64,000 bases of DNA from a virus (Duplodnaviria > Caudoviricetes), in IMG/VR virus record IMGVR_UViG_3300032327_000953, positions 64,001 to 128,000 of that record. The stretch is one strand, 5' to 3'. The translations under genes were made by a program, and so were the position numbers. The notes beneath the pieces were generated by a model. That model did no database searches. It was not told the origin of the DNA and saw only the letters and a list, made by a program, of their open reading frames with translations. Of this stretch, positions 59,200 to 64,000 are shown in pieces. The first letter of the stretch is position 1. Each line of letters begins with the position of its first letter.

Positions 59200-59334
59200 T
59201 ATATCTCCTATTGTTGACTCCAATGTAAAATACACCAAAAATATCTCTGGAGTCAAAAAAGATTTTCAAGAGAGCTATTGACATTGGCCGATAAGAAGAT
59301 ATACTAAGCAGAACAACACCTTTGGAGGAAAAAG

Positions 59335-59709
59335 ATGATCAAGATCGAACTGAGCGTCCGTGAGTCGTTGAACATGATTGCAAACGGTTGCAGTCTGGAT
59401 ATGTTCGACAAGATTGTGTGTGCGTTGGAGGTGGCATTGGGTGTTAACCAGCGTCGTATGGTAACGATCACCGGAGGTCTGACTCTGGACAATCGTATCC
59501 ATTCCATCAAAGCTATTCGGCTTCATACCGGATGGGGCTTGAAGGAAGCCAAGGATTGGAGTGACTATCTGGTTGGCGGCTGGCATTACGACAAGTTCGT
59601 TCCTGCTAAATCCGGAGCCAAGCAGAGCATCACTCTGAAAACGCCCGAAGCGGCAGAGGCACTGCTGCGTGATCTGGTTGGTCTGGGTTGCGAGGGTTTT
59701 CTATCTTGA
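59335..59709 (+). CDS. Protein with a ribosomal protein bL12 (L7/L12) C-terminal-like domain
   Basis: RIHSIKAIRLHTGWGLKEAKDWSD. Confidence 0.6.
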   Translation: MIKIELSVRESLNMIANGCSLDMFDKIVCALEVALGVNQRRMVTITGGLTLDNRIHSIKAIRLHTGWGLKEAKDWSDYLVGGWHYDKFVPAKSGAKQSITLKTPEAAEALLRDLVGLGCEGFLS

Positions 59710-59994
59710 CCTAAAGCCTTGTCCCTAAAGCACTTAGGGCGAGGCCGACCCGCCGAATTTGACGTAAGTCCTTATCAGCAAACAACTTAGGACAAAATCA
59801 AAAATCTTTGAGGCTCACTCAAGTTCCTGCTTGACAATGACGATACTATACTGTAGAATGGTAGTATCACGAGACAAGACCCCACGATGATGCCAACACT
59901 AGAAACCATCACGACGGACTTGACAAGTGGGTAACAGTAACGTATACTGATACTAGAACGATTGGTAACTGTAACACTTTTTGGAGAACGTAAG

Positions 59995-60249
59995 ATGAAG
60001 AAGTTTAGCTTTGCGGTTGATATTGTTGGCGACGAGATTGATTCGGCTGATGTGGTTGCTACTCTTACAAAGGCGTTGAATGATGAGCTTCCTGGTGATG
60101 TTCATGCGAATGTCAAGGCTGCTGGTATCAAGGCTTTTAGCGAGCAGGGTTATAAGGTGTGGCGTGCCCGCGTGACGGGTGTGACTGCCGAAGCTGCGGG
60201 TGATGCCCATGATGGTAAGGTAGAGAAGGAAGTTGAGACGGTTGCGTGA
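59995..60249 (+). CDS. Hypothetical protein
   Basis: Preceded by two tandem promoters (59831 and ~59920). Confidence 0.55.
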   Translation: MKKFSFAVDIVGDEIDSADVVATLTKALNDELPGDVHANVKAAGIKAFSEQGYKVWRARVTGVTAEAAGDAHDGKVEKEVETVA

Positions 60250-60339
60250 TCGACTCTATGGAGTTATAATGACTGCGAGCCTCTACAGGACGCTGTGGGG
60301 GCTTGCGGTATTGAGTGAGTACGGTATAATATACAACAC

Positions 60340-60412
60340 GCTGCCGTGGCCGAGTAGATTAGGCATCAACCTTCTAAGTTGATTTACGAGGGTGCAAATC
60401 CTTCCGGCAGTA
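60340..60412 (+). tRNA. tRNA-Arg(UCU)
   Basis: Acceptor GCTGCCG/CGGCAGT; anticodon loop CTTCTAA; atypical T-loop TGCAAAT. Confidence 0.8.
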
Positions 60413-60869
60413 TTAAGTCTCCATGATCTAATTCCCAGTGGTGGTTGGGACAAAGAGCTATAAGATTATCTATCTTATTTATCTCTCCGACTGTTGCTGT
60501 TTTAGGGAATGATGAAATAGCTTTGATATGACATACTTCAAAGTGTTTATCGTACCCACAAATCATACAACATTCTGGTTTTCCAGACGATTTATAAATT
60601 TTTCTGGATAGATTTCTAATCCTAGAATTTTTTTGATATTTCCGAGTTTGGATAGCATCTCCATAAGTTATAGAATTCCAATCTTTATTCATTGGATTAC
60701 AATCTACGCAAAATTTTCTTCTAAAGAATCCAGTTTCTTTACCACAAGATGAGCAGTAATTGATTCTTTTTTTGCGTTTAGGTATTTTATTAGTGGTTTT
60801 AGCTGCACAAGATCTAGAGCAAAAATTTGGATTATTTGTTTCCTTGCCGCAATGTCTACAATTGATCAT
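60384..60869 (-). CDS. HNH endonuclease
   Basis: CMICGYDKHFEVCHIK...NLIALCPNHHWELD; N-terminal Zn motifs. Confidence 0.85.
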   Translation of the reverse strand: MINCRHCGKETNNPNFCSRSCAAKTTNKIPKRKKRINYCSSCGKETGFFRRKFCVDCNPMNKDWNSITYGDAIQTRKYQKNSRIRNLSRKIYKSSGKPECCMICGYDKHFEVCHIKAISSFPKTATVGEINKIDNLIALCPNHHWELDHGDLILPEGFAPS

Positions 60870-61085
60870 ATTAATCTCCTAATAGAAAGTGAAACTACTT
60901 CTATATACACCAAAACATATTCGATTCTAAATCCTTTGCCAGTAAGCACTTAGGGCAAACTCGGCGGGCCGGCCTTGTCGTAAGTCCTTATCTACCAACG
61001 ACTTGCATCAAAAATAATTTTGTGAAGTTTTTCGCTTGACCTTGCCGATACTATAGTGTAGAATCGGTAGACACAGGAGAAGAAC

Positions 61086-61790
61086 ATGAAAACTGCTGAT
61101 GGTAATGATAAGTTGGGTAAGGGTTGTATTGTGGTTTCGCGTCCGGTTGGCGATACTTGCCCGCCCGATTGCGACTATCTTGGTAATGGCTGTTATGCCG
61201 AAGCGACTGAGAATCAGTATAAAAATGCCCGCACTGCCGGGTTTGCTAATGTTATCACGGAGAAGAATAAAATCCGTGCCATGATTCTAGAAGCAAAGCG
61301 TCGTGAGAAGTCTATTCGCTGGCATGAGCGTGGCGACTGGTTTCTCAATGGCGAGCTTGATCTTGACTATGTTGCGAATGTAACGTGGGCTTGTGAGAGT
61401 ATTCTTGCCGATGGTAATACTCTGCCCGATATGTGGTTTTATACTCATATTTATGATTCCCGGCTTGTGAGTCTGGAAAAGTATATGAATGTATATGCTA
61501 GTATTCACGATGATAATGATATGGGTGAAGCACTGGCACAGGGTTTCAAAAAGTTTGCATGGTGTGATAGTGATATGAAGTTTGCTCCCAAGCGTCCCAA
61601 GAGCAAAGCAAAAGCCGAAGCATGGAGACAAGCACTGCCGAAGCTGGTTGTAATCAATGCTACAAAGTTTGTAGTATGTCCCGAAATCCGTCGTGGTCGT
61701 TCGGAAATCACTTGCACCGGCACTAAAGATAGTATATCATGTGACTTGTGTGTTCGTGGTTTAGGCAACGTATTATTCCCCGCCCATTGA
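61086..61790 (+). CDS. Gp88-like Cys-motif protein
   Basis: TCPPDCDYLGNGCYA and IRWHERGDW motifs. Confidence 0.55.
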   Translation: MKTADGNDKLGKGCIVVSRPVGDTCPPDCDYLGNGCYAEATENQYKNARTAGFANVITEKNKIRAMILEAKRREKSIRWHERGDWFLNGELDLDYVANVTWACESILADGNTLPDMWFYTHIYDSRLVSLEKYMNVYASIHDDNDMGEALAQGFKKFAWCDSDMKFAPKRPKSKAKAEAWRQALPKLVVINATKFVVCPEIRRGRSEITCTGTKDSISCDLCVRGLGNVLFPAH

Positions 61791-61801
61791 AAGGATTTGG
61801 C

Positions 61802-62362
61802 ATGAGCTACGTTGGATTGTATGATGATGCAGGAAGTAAGAACGCTTTCTATATTATTAAGGACAAAAAGATTGGCCGTAAACGTGTGGGCTTCAAAGAG
61901 TTTGAGAATGAGCAAGAGGCACAGTTTGCCCATCGGGCTCAAAAGCATCTGGCACAGTTTGATTTGGCCCCTATGGTATATGGGGATGTTGGTATGATTC
62001 GTAGGCATGATGGTGAATTAACTTGTTATGGTTATTTAACCGAAGTTGCTCGACCTATGCCAGTATGTCATGACGATGATTGTGATGGTGAATGTTTTCA
62101 ATCGGAATGTAGTAATGGTATAACTATCTGTGAAGTAGTTTCCGATTTAAGTGAACAAGGTTTAGAATATAATGATTCCCACAAGGGTAATTTTGGTTAT
62201 GTTCGACGTAAGGGTTCATGGGTTCCGGTTGCTATCGACCTTGGGGTTGAGAGTTTTACTGAATGGGATGAAGATATTTATGGAGAGTTTGATTACGATG
62301 ATAACGATGGTTATGGAGAATGTAACTGTGTTCAATGTTGTATGTTTCGAGAGGAACAATAA
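61802..62362 (+). CDS. Protein-kinase-like fold enzyme
   Basis: VGFKEF (beta3 Lys), DSHKGN catalytic loop and IDLG (DFG-like). Confidence 0.65.
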   Translation: MSYVGLYDDAGSKNAFYIIKDKKIGRKRVGFKEFENEQEAQFAHRAQKHLAQFDLAPMVYGDVGMIRRHDGELTCYGYLTEVARPMPVCHDDDCDGECFQSECSNGITICEVVSDLSEQGLEYNDSHKGNFGYVRRKGSWVPVAIDLGVESFTEWDEDIYGEFDYDDNDGYGECNCVQCCMFREEQ

Positions 62363-62592
62363 TGAGCAAATACTATATCAAATGTGGGACACTAGAACTA
62401 ATTTATTCCTGCAATAAATGTCCACGAGATGCTGCTATGGATGCAATATGGGAAACAAATGAAAATGATACGCTAGATGAACACTTCTATATAGATGAAC
62501 GTGGATATAAAGACTATGTTACTGCTGATGGACGAACAAAAGTATTACGCACTTCTCATATTCTAAAAGACGCAGGATGGAGTATTGAATAA
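62362..62592 (+). CDS. Hypothetical protein
   Basis: MSKYYIKCGTLE; abuts the kinase-like gene stop. Confidence 0.55.
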   Translation: MSKYYIKCGTLELIYSCNKCPRDAAMDAIWETNENDTLDEHFYIDERGYKDYVTADGRTKVLRTSHILKDAGWSIE

Positions 62593-62939
62593 TGTGGATT
62601 ATTATTGATGAGAAAAAAGTAAGACACTTGTGGGAATGTGCAGATTGCGAGGCTAGTGTTTATGTAGAACCTTGGTTCTATTCTGAAATGGGAACGCCTT
62701 TCTGTAAGGATTGTGAGAAAGATATGGAATATATAAACACGCAGATAGATATTGAAAAATAAGACTTGCCGCAAACCCTTGGTGTGTAAGCACTTAGGGC
62801 AAGCGCGGCGGGCCGGCTTTGACGTAAGTTGTTGCAGGATAAAGACTTAGGGAATTTCAGAAAAGTCCTAAAGTGTTGGGGGTGGTTGGCCGATAAATAT
62901 GGTATGAGAACGAGAAGGATATTGACAAGGACTGAGATT

Positions 62940-63299
62940 ATGATACAATGGATCGGGATTCTGATTACGATTGTGGGTTTGGCGTATACTGGTGTAAAAG
63001 ATTATCAAAAAGGTGATATTAAATTGTCCAGACTTCCACAAAAACAAGTCTTGACAAAACCAGTCTATCCGGTACAATACTGTCTGATGGCTTACGACCC
63101 TAATGTTGACAAGGTTTTTTACTTACACGAAAATGGACAATGGCATGATTACGCTCCACAACAACGACGATACCAGACCACGCCGCAACCATATCAAGAT
63201 CAAGGTGCGACCGCAGTGGCAAGTTCCTACGGGTCACAAGGAACACCGCAATACTATTATGGACAATCGCCCCAAGCGTCTGCGAACCCGATCCGCTGA
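62940..63299 (+). CDS. Membrane-anchored Gln/Tyr/Pro-rich protein
   Basis: MIQWIGILITIVGLAYTG transmembrane-like segment. Confidence 0.5.
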   Translation: MIQWIGILITIVGLAYTGVKDYQKGDIKLSRLPQKQVLTKPVYPVQYCLMAYDPNVDKVFYLHENGQWHDYAPQQRRYQTTPQPYQDQGATAVASSYGSQGTPQYYYGQSPQASANPIR

Positions 63300-63349
63300 A
63301 AAGCGTAGGGCTTGCGACTATGGGGACTATTGACTATAATAACCTGTTT

Positions 63350-63422
63350 GCCGATGTAACTCAGTTGGTAGAGTAGCAGTTTTGTAAACTGCCTGTCGTC
63401 AGTTCGATTCTGACCATCGGCT
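63350..63422 (+). tRNA. tRNA-Thr(UGU)
   Basis: Acceptor GCCGATG/CATCGGC; loop TTTGTAA; TTCGATT T-loop. Confidence 0.92.
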
Positions 63423-63423
63423 C

Positions 63424-63494
63424 TCCGGGATGGTGAAACGGTATCACAAAGGATTTTGGTTCCTTTTTTCTACGTTCGAATCGTAGTCCCGGAA
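63424..63494 (+). tRNA. tRNA-Gln(UUG)
   Basis: Acceptor TCCGGGA/TCCCGGA; loop TTTTGGT. Confidence 0.9.
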
Positions 63495-63505
63495 CTGTAA
63501 GATGA

Positions 63506-63577
63506 TGTCCGATAGCTCAACGGTAGAGTAGGCGGCTGTTAACCGCTTGGTTCTAGGTTCGAATCCTAGTCGGACAG
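63506..63577 (+). tRNA. tRNA-Asn(GUU)
   Basis: Acceptor TGTCCGA/TCGGACA; loop CTGTTAA. Confidence 0.92.
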
Positions 63578-63582
63578 CTTAA

Positions 63583-63671
63583 GGAAGAATGGCAGAGTGG
63601 TCTAATGCACCGGTTTACTAAACCGGAGATCCCTTAACCGGGGTCCGTGGGTTCGAATCCTACTTCTTCCG
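63583..63671 (+). tRNA. tRNA-Ser with the rare ACU anticodon
   Basis: Acceptor GGAAGAA/TTCTTCC; G73; long variable arm; loop TTACTAA. Confidence 0.85.
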
Positions 63672-63811
63672 CTATAAATCCTTAACATATAAAGACTTAG
63701 AGCAAATCCGGCGGGCCGCGCTCAACGTAAGTTCTTTATCCATAACGACTTAGGATTTTCTAAAGAAATCACTTGACTCTTGACGATACATAGTGTAGAA
63801 TAGTCCAGCAC

Positions 63812-63887
63812 GGGGCGTAAGGTAAGCCGGTAGCATCCGTCACTCTTATAAGGTGATCATAGGTACGTTCGACTCGTACACGCCCTA
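63812..63887 (+). tRNA. tRNA-Ile(UAU)
   Basis: Acceptor GGGGCGT/ACGCCCT; A73; loop CTTATAA. Confidence 0.85.
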
Positions 63888-63916
63888 CTCGGAGGCTGAT
63901 GATTGAGTTACGAAAC

Positions 63917-63987
63917 ATTGGAGTAGTTCAACGGTAGAATGACGGTCTCCAAAACCGTAGATGAGGGTTCGATTCCCTCCTCCTTTG
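63917..63987 (+). tRNA. tRNA-Trp(CCA), acceptor stem imperfect
   Basis: Loop CTCCAAA; canonical T-arm; ATTGGAG/CTCCTTT contains two T-T mismatches. Confidence 0.65.
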
Positions 63988-64000
63988 CTTGGCCCCATTG

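Larger units (their letters stand above)
48744..63752. repeat. Dispersed family of 13 x 78-bp double-palindrome elements
   Basis: Starts at 48744, 49929, 51193, 52341, 53460, 54439, 55388, 56471, 57934, 59712, 60928, 62772 and 63675. Each is TAAGT-like/N15/ACTTA-like, 28 bp, TAAGT-like/N15/ACTTA-like. Confidence 0.95.
49192..63801 (+). promoter_or_regulatory. Family of 13 sigma70-type early promoters with a CGATA box in the spacer
   Basis: TTGAC[ACT]/TTGCAT-N16-18-TA[TG]AAT/TATACT variants with -35 at 49192, 51352, 52482, 53584, 54556, 54873, 55497, 56590, 58043, 59278, 59831, 61036 and 63773. Confidence 0.85.

Noticed and set aside
49000-62800. Long minus-strand ORFs in the early region (e.g. 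53699..54460, 50529..51065, 61505..62008)
   Set aside because: They are antisense to RBS- and promoter-supported plus-strand genes and have implausible composition.
48744-63752. 78-bp repeats as a CRISPR array
   Set aside because: The intervening sequences are ~1-kb gene-bearing segments, the repeats are degenerate, and no cas genes are present.
48744-63752. 78-bp repeats as canonical integron attC sites or intrinsic terminators
   Set aside because: They lack RYYYAAC/GTTRRRY ends and there is no intI in the window; they also lack U-tracts.
63991-64000. Start of another tRNA (GGCCCCATTG)
   Set aside because: It is truncated by the window edge and cannot be identified.
1-64000. Host assignment (e.g. 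Planctomycetota)
   Set aside because: This is only an impression from protein styles such as 48336..48632; there is no diagnostic evidence in the sequence.

Overview
This window is 64 kb of a large tailed dsDNA phage genome (Caudoviricetes, siphovirus-like; standard genetic code). The host cannot be assigned from sequence alone. Positions 1-43145 (minus strand) are the virion and packaging arm: a tape measure protein running off the left edge, major tail protein, head-tail genes, tail-fibre and beta-propeller genes, major capsid, prohead protease, portal, terminase and a phage sigma factor. Glycan- and small-molecule-modifying enzymes are interleaved (RgpF-like, GT2, GT25-TPR-FkbM, GH130-like, two sulfotransferase-like, 2OG-Fe(II)-like, Gmd, methyltransferases). 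Positions 43221-48632 (plus strand) hold an adenylate-forming (PaaK/CapK-like) enzyme and four Cys-rich proteins sharing one 16-residue N-terminus. Positions 48700-64000 (plus strand) are an early-type region of small ORFs, sigma70-like promoters, two HNH genes, a structured non-coding stretch and tRNAs. The strongest novelty candidates are: (1) 13 copies of a fixed-geometry 78-bp double palindrome (TAAGT-N15-ACTTA, 28-bp GC-rich spacer, TAAGT-N15-ACTTA) punctuating the early region every ~0.9-1.8 kb; (2) the shared-leader Cys-rich cluster; (3) up to six enzyme-like domains embedded in the tape measure protein; (4) a ~670-nt candidate ncRNA; (5) rare-anticodon tRNAs. All protein assignments are from motif recognition by eye; no database searches were run.
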